Source of the DNA: Chloroflexota bacterium
Lineage (GTDB): Bacteria; Chloroflexota; Dehalococcoidia; Dehalococcoidales; UBA2162
Direction of reading: 5' to 3'
NCBI GenBank assembly: GCA_016190895.1
Contig: JACPPR010000096.1
Span: 1,625-65,624 of the forward strand
DNA length: 64,000 bases
A program made the translations under genes and the position numbers. The notes under the pieces are model-generated. The model was given only the letters and a program-made list of their open reading frames with translations, was not told the origin of the DNA and did not search any database. Below are positions 1 through 7,882 of the stretch, piece after piece; positions within the stretch are counted from its first letter, which is position 1, and each line of letters begins with the position of its first letter.

Positions 1-27
1 AAATAAATAAAGAATGGAGGTGTAAAC

Positions 28-240
28 ATGGCGAGAGTATTTGTCTATGACGGCAGAGAGCTGCCAGACCCAGACCCGAAGATGGCGGTCGAAGAAGTGC
101 GCCAGAACATGAGCTCTTTCTTCCCCGAGCTAGCCAACGCTGACACCGCTCACAGCAAGCGGAAAAGCAAGACCGACCCGGCAGTGGAAGACGACATCTA
201 CGAGTTCAAGCGGCGAGTCGGCACGAAGGGCCTGTCCTGA
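28..240 (+). CDS. PRTRC protein C-like small ubiquitin-like (beta-grasp) protein
   Basis: 70-aa ORF with GGAGG RBS upstream. Signature VFVYDGRELPDPDP...YEFKRRVGTKG matches my recollection of the PRTRC protein C family. A Gly lies 2 residues from the C-terminus. Confidence 0.7.
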   Translation: MARVFVYDGRELPDPDPKMAVEEVRQNMSSFFPELANADTAHSKRKSKTDPAVEDDIYEFKRRVGTKGLS

Positions 241-286
241 GCACATTCGCTTCGCTCAGTGTAAACTCCGCCGAAGGGGGTTAAGT

Positions 287-535
287 ATGACAGAATCCGC
301 AGATATTGAAAGAGTCGTCGCCGCTCTCAAGAAAGTCCCCGAAAAAAGGCTCCTGATAATCGACCTGGCTAACCGTATCCCGATGAAAGACGGCCAGCTC
401 GATTATGACGCGGTGACAGCAATACAGCCGGAAGTCAACATGGCCGTCGCCGAGGCCAAGATGTACGGAACGCAAACTCTGATGGCAGTAGACAGTCTGA
501 AGAGGCTAATCGCCCGGGGCAAGGACGATGTATGA
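287..535 (+). CDS. hypothetical protein
   Basis: 82-aa ORF co-directional with neighbours. Its stop overlaps the next start by 8 nt. No recognisable motif. Confidence 0.45.
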   Translation: MTESADIERVVAALKKVPEKRLLIIDLANRIPMKDGQLDYDAVTAIQPEVNMAVAEAKMYGTQTLMAVDSLKRLIARGKDDV

Positions 536-1496
536 CCTTGAAACCCTGAGGAGACTGAACGAGCAGGCTTGTTTAGCAGCCGCAGCCCTGGCGAGTAGCA
601 AAAAACCACCCTCCGTGCAGGCAGAGGAAAGGACAAAGGACACTGGCCCTCCTCCGGTATTCCCCCTGTCCGTTCTGGCGCGCAAGCTAATGAGAGGGCC
701 TCCCTCTCTGGCATACTTCATGGCGCTCCTGGAACAGGGCGAATCGTTTACGGGCTTCCGCGACCTTATCAGGGAGTACCTGCCGGAGCACGAGGTCAAT
801 ATCATGGCTGAAGACCTTGACCGTCGTGCGTGGAGATTTAGCCAGCTCTTTAGCCAGTATTACTTTCCTCTCCATGACGATACGCTTTCGGATGAATACG
901 GCATCGGCGACCTGCTGGGCGGCATACCATTCCAGCCGCTGGGCTTTTCATATGAGGGCTATCACGCGTTCGGCGACTTGAGGCAAGGTTACGTCATGGC
1001 TCTGGCGCTTGTAGAGTGCAACTGGGCGGAGGGAGACCCCCTGGGACTGTCAGATGACGAGGAAGACGCCGATGGAATACCAGGCCCTCGGATTCCCATC
1101 CTGGAGGCAGTCGGCGGTATCGTCGGGGAAGGACTTGTCCGCCTTATCCCAGCTAAGGGCTGGTCGGCTGAAGACTTGCACGAGATGACCGATAATACCG
1201 AGTTTGACGGCTTAGGCCTATTCGCGGACTGGGTAAACGGCAACACCGGCTGCATTCACCTCGATACCATGGGCGAGTCACTTGAGATGGAAGGGTTGCC
1301 AGAGTGGGACCCGGAAACAGTTGACGAAATGACCAATGACTGGCACCACGCTACTGAAATCCTGGACAAGATTCACCGGGTAGCGCTGCTGCTTGAGCAA
1401 GACCCGGAGCGCACCTTCAGAAAGCTCGTGGCTCTGCTCACCGACAACAAAGACCTGATTATACCCAAAGAACAGCTGCCTCTGCCTATTGGCTAG
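528..1496 (+). CDS. hypothetical protein in the position of PRTRC protein F; C-terminal QLPLPIG
   Basis: 322-aa ORF overlapping the upstream stop. Acidic. Ends ...KEQLPLPIG, a QLxLxL-type clamp-binding-like peptide. Confidence 0.6.
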   Translation: MYDLETLRRLNEQACLAAAALASSKKPPSVQAEERTKDTGPPPVFPLSVLARKLMRGPPSLAYFMALLEQGESFTGFRDLIREYLPEHEVNIMAEDLDRRAWRFSQLFSQYYFPLHDDTLSDEYGIGDLLGGIPFQPLGFSYEGYHAFGDLRQGYVMALALVECNWAEGDPLGLSDDEEDADGIPGPRIPILEAVGGIVGEGLVRLIPAKGWSAEDLHEMTDNTEFDGLGLFADWVNGNTGCIHLDTMGESLEMEGLPEWDPETVDEMTNDWHHATEILDKIHRVALLLEQDPERTFRKLVALLTDNKDLIIPKEQLPLPIG

Positions 1497-1524
1497 CATA
1501 GTGAATTCAGAAAGAAGGTAAGGA

Positions 1525-2214
1525 TTGGCAAAGAAGAAAACAACTGACTTCAAATGGGCCGTGCCTGACGAGCTCGGCATCCCTCCGGATAAGCTGAGAG
1601 CTCGCCTCGACTTCTACCACCAGGCCGTAGTGCTGAGTATCTACGACCAGGAAGTCTCGTCAACCAGGGTAGTCTCGGCAATGGACGTGGCCCACGCCCT
1701 GGCCAATGACCTGGCGTTCGGTACCGGGCTGCTGCCGCCCGGAACTATATGGTGGCGTAATACCCGGGGCGGGCCGGTGTACGCAATCTACGTAGAGCCG
1801 AAGATATGGAAGGTCGCCCTCGAGCTCGACATCAATTCAGCCCCACGGCGTTTTAATCTGCCTTTGCCCGGTCTTATATTCCTGTGCTCTCCCGGTAAAG
1901 CGCCCTGGGTCTATGCGGTGAAAAAGAAGCCGACGAAAGAGACGGACGAAGTTTACAATGCCCCTCTCTGCAACATCCACGAAAGCGGACTCTCCTGCGC
2001 CGGCACTCACAAGTACCCCACGAGAGTCGCCGATACGGTACAGTCTTTCTTCACTTCGTTCTTCACGGCGAGCGCCAACCTGAAGAACAGGTCTCAGCTC
2101 TACCCGAATAACATCGTCAGGCTCTGGGAGTCTCTGGACAACAAGAAGAAGTTTCCGGCCGCTGACTTGGTCCGTATTGGCAGCCTGAAAGACCTTATGA
2201 ACATGGAGATGTGA
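1525..2214 (+). CDS. PRTRC protein B-like protein, possible E2-like component
   Basis: 229-aa ORF with TTG start after AAGGTAAGGA. Cys/His patch APLCNIHESGLSCAGTH. Sits between the Ubl and the JAB/E1 genes. Confidence 0.55.
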   Translation: MAKKKTTDFKWAVPDELGIPPDKLRARLDFYHQAVVLSIYDQEVSSTRVVSAMDVAHALANDLAFGTGLLPPGTIWWRNTRGGPVYAIYVEPKIWKVALELDINSAPRRFNLPLPGLIFLCSPGKAPWVYAVKKKPTKETDEVYNAPLCNIHESGLSCAGTHKYPTRVADTVQSFFTSFFTASANLKNRSQLYPNNIVRLWESLDNKKKFPAADLVRIGSLKDLMNMEM

Positions 2215-2217
2215 TAC

Positions 2218-2901
2218 ATGAACATGGTCGGGTACTTAGTTAACGTCCCTGAGGGACTCTCCGGGGAGAAAGGTATCTACTACAACTATATTCTGGCTGC
2301 CAACGGCCTTTTCATCGAGGCCTCTAACCCAATGCTCGCCGCCCGGGTGCCGGTCGCCGAGTGCCAAGTTCGAGGGCTGGCGCCCATGAAGGCGAAGATT
2401 GCCCTGACGTACGGAAGTATTCCGCAGCACTTCTTTGACCTGGCTCTCGATACTTTTCTGGCCGCCCCTGATAAAGAGCGCTACGTTGCTGTGACGGCCG
2501 CTGCTGGATACCACCTTTACGTGCCGGTACAGGATGAGAGCGATGCCAGTGTCGTTTATGAGATGGGGGATTCGGTCGTGCTCGATATCCACTCCCATGG
2601 CCACATGCCGGCATTTTTCAGCCATCAAACGGACGATAAAGACGAGACCGGGCTGAAACTGTATGCCGTGGTCGGTAGATTGAACGCCACGCCGGTAGTC
2701 AGGCTGAGAGTCGGCGTCTACGGCTATTTTCACAGCCTGACCTGGCGTGATGTCTTTGACGGCTCCCTGACCAGGGCAGTCGAATCTGAAGAAGAGGAGG
2801 TGAAAACCGAAAGTGACCTACACGGTATCACTGGCCCGGATGCCCCAGAACTTCAGCATCATAGTAGTTGGTTGCGGTGGGACAGGTTCTTTCGTCGCTG
2901 A
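2218..2901 (+). CDS. JAB/MPN-like metallopeptidase (PRTRC protein A position)
   Basis: LDIHSHGHMPAFFSHQTDD gives HxHx7S followed by Asp. This is a near-canonical JAMM motif, with Asp one residue later than in Sx2D. Confidence 0.6.
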   Translation: MNMVGYLVNVPEGLSGEKGIYYNYILAANGLFIEASNPMLAARVPVAECQVRGLAPMKAKIALTYGSIPQHFFDLALDTFLAAPDKERYVAVTAAAGYHLYVPVQDESDASVVYEMGDSVVLDIHSHGHMPAFFSHQTDDKDETGLKLYAVVGRLNATPVVRLRVGVYGYFHSLTWRDVFDGSLTRAVESEEEEVKTESDLHGITGPDAPELQHHSSWLRWDRFFRR

Positions 2902-3664
2902 AGGCTTATGCCGGCTGCTTATTGGCAGCGATATACCTATCCTCCTTATAGACCCTGACCGGGTTGAGCAGCAAAACCTGATTCGCCAGAACTTTTACGA
3001 GGGCGACCTGGGCAAGTTCAAGTCTCAGGCGCTGGCGGAGAGGCTATCCCGGCAGTTCCACCGGCGCATCGCATACAGCGTCTACCCCTATATGCCTGAC
3101 CTTATCGGTGAGAACTGGGGCGGCGGCCTGCGCAGTCCTGCCATCCAGGGGATCATTATCGGCTGTGTTGATAACGCAGATGCCCGGCGGCAAATCGGCC
3201 AAACCCTGCGCTTCGGCAACTGGTGGCTCGATGCGGGTAATGGATTCTCATCGGGGCAGGTGCTGCTTGGCAGCGCTAAAAATCTTGAGCTTCTCGGCAG
3301 TCCTTTTATCAAAGAATCCGGAGAGGTAGAAGGGCTGCCCATGCCATCGTGGCAGCTCCCCAGTCTCCTGGCGCCGCCTACCAGGAAGAAACCTGAGACT
3401 CGGGATTGCGCCGAGGCGGTGGCCGCCGAAGAGCAGAGCCCCGTCATCAACCAGGCTATGGCCACGCTGGTACTGGAATTCATCTACCTGCTACTCAACA
3501 AAAAGCTTACCTGGATGGGGGCTTACATCGATTTGGATGCCGGCACCTTGCAGACAGTACGTGCCGAACCGGAGATAGTAGCCCGCATGTGTGGGGTGAA
3601 GGTCGACACCCTATTTAGGAATGATTGCTCTACAGGCAATCGATATTCACTTAGAAGGAGGTAA
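2813..3664 (+). CDS. ThiF/MoeB/E1-like adenylyltransferase (PRTRC ThiF family)
   Basis: IIVVGCGGTGS Rossmann motif and DPDRVEQQNLIRQ. GTG start 12 nt after GAGGAGG. Overlaps the JAB ORF by 89 nt. Confidence 0.85.
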   Translation: MTYTVSLARMPQNFSIIVVGCGGTGSFVAEGLCRLLIGSDIPILLIDPDRVEQQNLIRQNFYEGDLGKFKSQALAERLSRQFHRRIAYSVYPYMPDLIGENWGGGLRSPAIQGIIIGCVDNADARRQIGQTLRFGNWWLDAGNGFSSGQVLLGSAKNLELLGSPFIKESGEVEGLPMPSWQLPSLLAPPTRKKPETRDCAEAVAAEEQSPVINQAMATLVLEFIYLLLNKKLTWMGAYIDLDAGTLQTVRAEPEIVARMCGVKVDTLFRNDCSTGNRYSLRRR

Positions 3665-3667
3665 CCA

Positions 3668-4075
3668 ATGTCTGACGAAGAAGAGATCCCAGGTTCTGAA
3701 GAAGAAGAGGGTGGGGAAGAACAGGTGGCAATATCTACCGCACAGGAAGCGCCTGCAGCGGTGGCCGCGGATGCTCCTAACACGGAGAAGCCGTCCAATG
3801 AACTGAAGGTCGTAATCATACTGAAGGCCAACAAAGCGATGCTGGGAGTGCAGTCCCCCGATTGTGACCCGGTGTACAAGACCATGGAAGGCGACCTGGC
3901 CGCTGTTCTGAAGGTAGTACCTATACTGGTGGCTGATGCCAGGCTGAAGTGGTCCGCCGCTCCTCGGTATCCGAAGGCTGATTTACCCAAGCCGACAGCG
4001 CCTGCTACCACGACGCCCCCAGCGACAAGCAAGCCTGCTGCTAAAGCGGCCCCGGCGCAACCGAAATTCTTTTAG
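3668..4075 (+). CDS. acidic / Pro-Ala-rich protein (possibly PRTRC protein E-like), C-terminal QPKFF
   Basis: Strong RBS GAAGGAGG. Acidic N-terminus, PA/T-rich tail. Ends ...AQPKFF. Confidence 0.6.
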   Translation: MSDEEEIPGSEEEEGGEEQVAISTAQEAPAAVAADAPNTEKPSNELKVVIILKANKAMLGVQSPDCDPVYKTMEGDLAAVLKVVPILVADARLKWSAAPRYPKADLPKPTAPATTTPPATSKPAAKAAPAQPKFF

Positions 4076-4145
4076 GAGGCAACTATTATCTGCAAGCTTT
4101 TGGGCTGGCCTCCAAAGGCTGAATAAGTGGCCAAAAAGGAGGTGA

Positions 4146-5450
4146 ATGAAATTGGAAATTCAAGTTAACAAACTGAGAGAGCTGATGACCCTGATGAAAC
4201 CGGTAATCCCCAGGAAGTCTACCCTAAAGGTCACCGGCTATATCAGGGTCGGTGACGGCAAAGCGGTGGCGACCGACCTGGAAACCATGGTCATATACGA
4301 CCTACCCCAGGCTACCGAGCCTATGCTCCTGCCTTATACCTCCCTTGCCGATACCCTGAAGTACATACCCGGCAATACACTCAAGATTGAGGCGCAGGGT
4401 AGGAAGCTTTCCCTGGCATGGGACGGCGGCACTGCTGTCTACCCCACCGAGGATGTCGAGGACTTCCCGGTGTTGCCCGAACTGGAAACCAGAGCCGAGG
4501 GCTTAATCGATGGCGACGCTCTGGTATCGGCGATGCAGGCCGCTTTACCCTACACGGCAACTGATAGCCAGCGGCCGGTGCTTAGCGGCGTGACCCTGGT
4601 GTTGGGCAGCCCTATCGAGGTAGCCGCGGGAGACGGCTTCACCATGTCCCATCAGGTGCTGGGTCTTACCTTCCCTCTTGAAGAGAAAGTGATAGTACCA
4701 GCGCGCAGCGTATCCGTCCTGGGGCATGTCTTCGACAAGACGCCGCGGACACCGCCATCAACTGCCGATTCCTTGATATCGGTAATTACCGCCAAGCGGC
4801 AGATCCACATGGCTCTCATCGGCGAAAACAAGCTCAAGGTCGACTTCGGCGAGTCGGCATCCGTCGTCATCAACCTGATACAAGGGAACCCGCCCGAATG
4901 GCTGCAGCTAATCCCCAAGGGACAACCTACCCTGCAGAGCCATCTCTTCGCCCCGCAGTTCGAAGCGGCGGTCAAACGGGTCCGGGACATCGCAAAGGAT
5001 GGTAGCGGTATTGTCCGCATGGCGTTCGCTGACGGCAAGCTGACCGTCTCCGCAGTAGGAGAGGAGCAGGAAATCAGGGCCACCCTGGACGTCATAAGCA
5101 CTCAGGGCGAGCCGGGGAGAACGGCCATCAACTATGCCTACCTTCTCCGTTACCTTACCGGCAAGCAGGGTATCATCACTTTATCCCAATACGACAAGAC
5201 CGGCCCGCTAGCCTTCGAGTACCAGAATTCGCCGCGTGTCCTTATCATGCCCATGTTCGTACAATGGGGCGATGAGGCGGTGGCCACCAAGGAGCCGGAA
5301 CCAGAACCTGAGGCGGTTGAGGAAAATCCGGAAGGGGAGGAACCAGAGGCATCTCTCGAAGAGGAGACTCCTCAGGGAGAGACGGAAGAAACTGTTACCG
5401 CAGCAGCGAAACCAGCCGGCAAGAAACGCCGCAGAAAGACAACTCCCTAA
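4146..5450 (+). CDS. DNA polymerase III beta sliding clamp homologue (element-encoded) with charged C-terminal tail
   Basis: The N-terminus MKLEIQVNKLRELMTLMKPVIPRKSTLKVTGYIRV...ATDLETM and RPVLSGVTLV...AAGDGF resemble DnaN. An extra Glu-rich then KKRRRK tail follows. Confidence 0.8.
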   Translation: MKLEIQVNKLRELMTLMKPVIPRKSTLKVTGYIRVGDGKAVATDLETMVIYDLPQATEPMLLPYTSLADTLKYIPGNTLKIEAQGRKLSLAWDGGTAVYPTEDVEDFPVLPELETRAEGLIDGDALVSAMQAALPYTATDSQRPVLSGVTLVLGSPIEVAAGDGFTMSHQVLGLTFPLEEKVIVPARSVSVLGHVFDKTPRTPPSTADSLISVITAKRQIHMALIGENKLKVDFGESASVVINLIQGNPPEWLQLIPKGQPTLQSHLFAPQFEAAVKRVRDIAKDGSGIVRMAFADGKLTVSAVGEEQEIRATLDVISTQGEPGRTAINYAYLLRYLTGKQGIITLSQYDKTGPLAFEYQNSPRVLIMPMFVQWGDEAVATKEPEPEPEAVEENPEGEEPEASLEEETPQGETEETVTAAAKPAGKKRRRKTTP

Positions 5451-5539
5451 TCTCGACCCGGGAAGGCGGGGGTGCTGGGGCAGGCAAGCTCCAGCACCCC
5501 TCTTTATGAGTGATTTACATACCATGAAAGGAGGTTTTA

Positions 5540-5739
5540 TGAAAATAACTTCTTACGTAGAACTAACACCGGCCCAGGAAAAGACCATTGAGGCACTGGA
5601 AACAGTTACCGTCAGGACAGCGCTTATCAAACCGGCTGTCGTGGCCACGATTCGTACCTTCGCCGCGCAGGAAGTCAGGATAACTATTGCTGCCGATGGA
5701 GGAATTGAAGACGCGGAGGTTCAATATGACAGCCTCTGA
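5540..5739 (+). CDS. hypothetical small protein
   Basis: ATG preceded by AAAGGAGG. The longer track ORF (5236..) overlaps the clamp gene in another frame and looks spurious. Confidence 0.45.
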
Positions 5740-6214
5740 ACGAAAAGTTGAGGGATGGATAGACGACATAGTCGGCGCCCTCTTCGACCCCATCATAGTA
5801 ACGCCCGGTGGCTGGGGAGATGACTTGCCCGAGTGGTTAAAAACAAGGGTTACTCTTGAGCGCCTTGCCGAAAACATAGTAGCAACCAGGGAAGGTAGAG
5901 AAATAACCGCTACTGATGCCGAAGCCGCCTGTTACCTCTTTACTGCCTCGCTCACCGCGCCGATCGGAGGCGACTGGACCCAGATATACCTGTACGTTGC
6001 CGGCGGCGAGTTGAAGGACAAAATGCCGGAAGACATAAAGGTCGAGTCGTTAACCGAGAGCCAGTGGCGCGACTTAAAAGAGTTGAAGAACTGGATTTAC
6101 CGGCAGCGGGTGAAGCACCGCAAGGAAAAGGCACACGGAGAGCGCCGTGAAACCAAAGGAGAAGCTAATACAAAAGAGCTGGAAACCAGGCCGATCCAGC
6201 CAACATTCTTCTGA
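5726..6214 (+). CDS. hypothetical protein, C-terminal QPTFF
   Basis: ATG at 5726 after GGAGGT. Overlaps the previous stop. Ends ...RPIQPTFF. Confidence 0.55.
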   Translation: MTASERKVEGWIDDIVGALFDPIIVTPGGWGDDLPEWLKTRVTLERLAENIVATREGREITATDAEAACYLFTASLTAPIGGDWTQIYLYVAGGELKDKMPEDIKVESLTESQWRDLKELKNWIYRQRVKHRKEKAHGERRETKGEANTKELETRPIQPTFF

Positions 6215-6333
6215 GGTTAGTCGGTCATTCTGCAGAGATAGCGAAGCACACTAAGTGTCGGATTCTGTACGGGTCAGTGTTCTTGAATATGACTCAACTA
6301 TATCTTCTTGCGCGTGTCCTGTTCAATTCAAAT

Positions 6334-6957
6334 CTATGTATGAAGTAATTCTGCTTCAGACAATAACCCTTGATTTTTGATAAAAGCGCTTACAGTCATT
6401 CTGTTTACGCCAAAGATTCTCGCAATCTCACATTTCGATACTTTTCGCTTTAAGAGGACCTGTATCACACTCTCTTGACCAGACAATTTGACCTTACCCG
6501 ATTTACTGCCTATCGGTCTGCCAAGTACAACACCTTCAGCACGTTTGCGAGCGAGTGCCTCTTTGGTTCTCTGACTGATGAGGTTTCGCTCTATTTCAGC
6601 CGATAATCCAAAAGCAAAGGCCAAAACCTTGCTCTGTATGTCCTCACCCAAGCGATAATTGTCCTTTATCGTCCAAACCTTGCATTCTTTACTCATGCAA
6701 AGGTTCAAGATTTCCATAATCATGAATAGATTTCGACCCAAACGTGACAACTCAGCGCAAATAATCAGATCGTCTTTTTGGACTTTCCTGAGTAATTTCC
6801 CAAGCTCGCGTTTGTCATAATTCTTTGTTCCGCTGATAGTTTCCTCAATCCAGCCATCGATTTGAATATTGTTTCGACTCACAAAATTCTCAATCTCAAA
6901 TCGCTGGTTCTCAACTGTTTGTTTCTCGCTGCTCACTCGGATGTATCCGTAATTCAT
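6334..6957 (-). CDS. small serine recombinase (resolvase/invertase, Hin/Gin-like)
   Basis: MNYGYIRVSSEKQ catalytic-Ser motif. C-terminal HTH (KCEIARIFGVNRMTV). RBS GGAGTGAGGAG before the ATG at 6957. The upstream part of the track ORF is repeat-derived. Confidence 0.85.
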   Translation of the reverse strand: MNYGYIRVSSEKQTVENQRFEIENFVSRNNIQIDGWIEETISGTKNYDKRELGKLLRKVQKDDLIICAELSRLGRNLFMIMEILNLCMSKECKVWTIKDNYRLGEDIQSKVLAFAFGLSAEIERNLISQRTKEALARKRAEGVVLGRPIGSKSGKVKLSGQESVIQVLLKRKVSKCEIARIFGVNRMTVSAFIKNQGLLSEAELLHT

Positions 6958-6991
6958 GGTCTCCTCACTCCTTTTCTTGTTAATATATAAC

Positions 6992-7082
6992 GAGCGTTTA
7001 TATTGAGCGAAACAGTGCGGCCAGCCGTTTTGATTCCAACGATAGTTGGACAATCCTTTCCCCTATTGAGCAAAGCATAAAG
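6992..7082. repeat. inverted repeat IR-A, left arm
   Basis: 91 bp. Reverse-complement of 8693..8783 with 2 mismatches (aligned by eye). Confidence 0.85.
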
Positions 7083-7196
7083 CGAAAAATTGAGGCTGTT
7101 GGCATTCCACTCAAAAAGTGGGATGTAAATATTTATCGAGGTGTTCTTACGGGCTATAACGACGCATTTATCATTTCTGGTAAGAAAAAAGACGAG

Positions 7197-7298
7197 CTTA
7201 TTGCTGCCGACCCAAAATCTGCTGAAATTATACGACCGATTCTACGTGGCAGGGACATCAAACGGTATCACTATGAGTTCGCGGATTTGTGGCTGATA
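7197..7298. repeat. inverted repeat IR-B, left arm
   Basis: About 100 bp, reverse-complement of 8477..8578. Perfect 53-bp core at 7209..7261. Confidence 0.85.
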
Positions 7299-7457
7299 GA
7301 TACTCACAACGGGATACGTGAGAAGGGGATACCACCTGTCAATGTGAATGGATACCCTGCTATCAAAGCACACCTGAATCAATTTTATGATGCGCTTGAG
7401 AAAAGGCTTGACAAGGGTGATACGCCCTACAATCTGCGCAGTTGTGCTTATACGGAC

Positions 7458-7480
7458 GATTTTTCCAAGCAGAAAATTGT
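7458..7480. repeat. inverted repeat IR-C, left arm
   Basis: The 23-bp sequence gatttttccaagcagaaaattgt is the perfect reverse-complement of 8265..8287. It encodes DDFSKQKIVW in both cassettes. Confidence 0.75.
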
Positions 7481-7882
7481 TTGGGCTGAACTAGCCAGGA
7501 CAGGGAATGCTTTTACAATTGATACGTTGCATTCCATTGTCTTAAACACATCCTATGTCCTTACATCATCCAGTGACGATATCAACGAATTGAAGTATCT
7601 ATCTGGAATGTTAAATAGCATGACGACGATGTTTTATATGAACTTAATATCTAGTAAATTCGATCAAACAGGATGGCGATGGTTAAAACAATTTGTAGAA
7701 CGGTTACCTATTCCCAAACTATCTTATAATGAGCAACAGCCATTCATCAAGATGGTTGATGAAATTCTCGATTTGAAACGAAAACACCTTGACACCACAA
7801 CTTTAGAAAGAGACTTGGACAAAATGATTTATAGATTGTTCGACTTTTCGGACGAAGAGATACAAGCAATAGAAGCGTGAGC

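Larger units (their letters stand above)
6984..7880 (+). other. promoterless, start-less alternative 3' cassette (specificity region) of the methyltransferase gene
   Basis: The frame is open from the stop at 6981. It has no start codon until TTG 7287. It encodes SVYIERNSAASRF...ILSPIEQSIK...DELIAADPKSAEIIRPILRGRDIKRYHYEFADLWLI..., which is colinear with the C-terminal ~300 aa of the 7883..11143 protein. Confidence 0.8.

Noticed and set aside
5236-5539. Long 5' extensions of track ORFs: 5236..5739; 6334..7053; 43581..45194; 21978..22853; 24113..25372.
   Set aside because: The extensions overlap upstream genes or repeat elements. Internal ATGs have strong RBSs (AAAGGAGG, GGAGTGAGGAG, AAGGAGG). 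I trimmed the coordinates accordingly.
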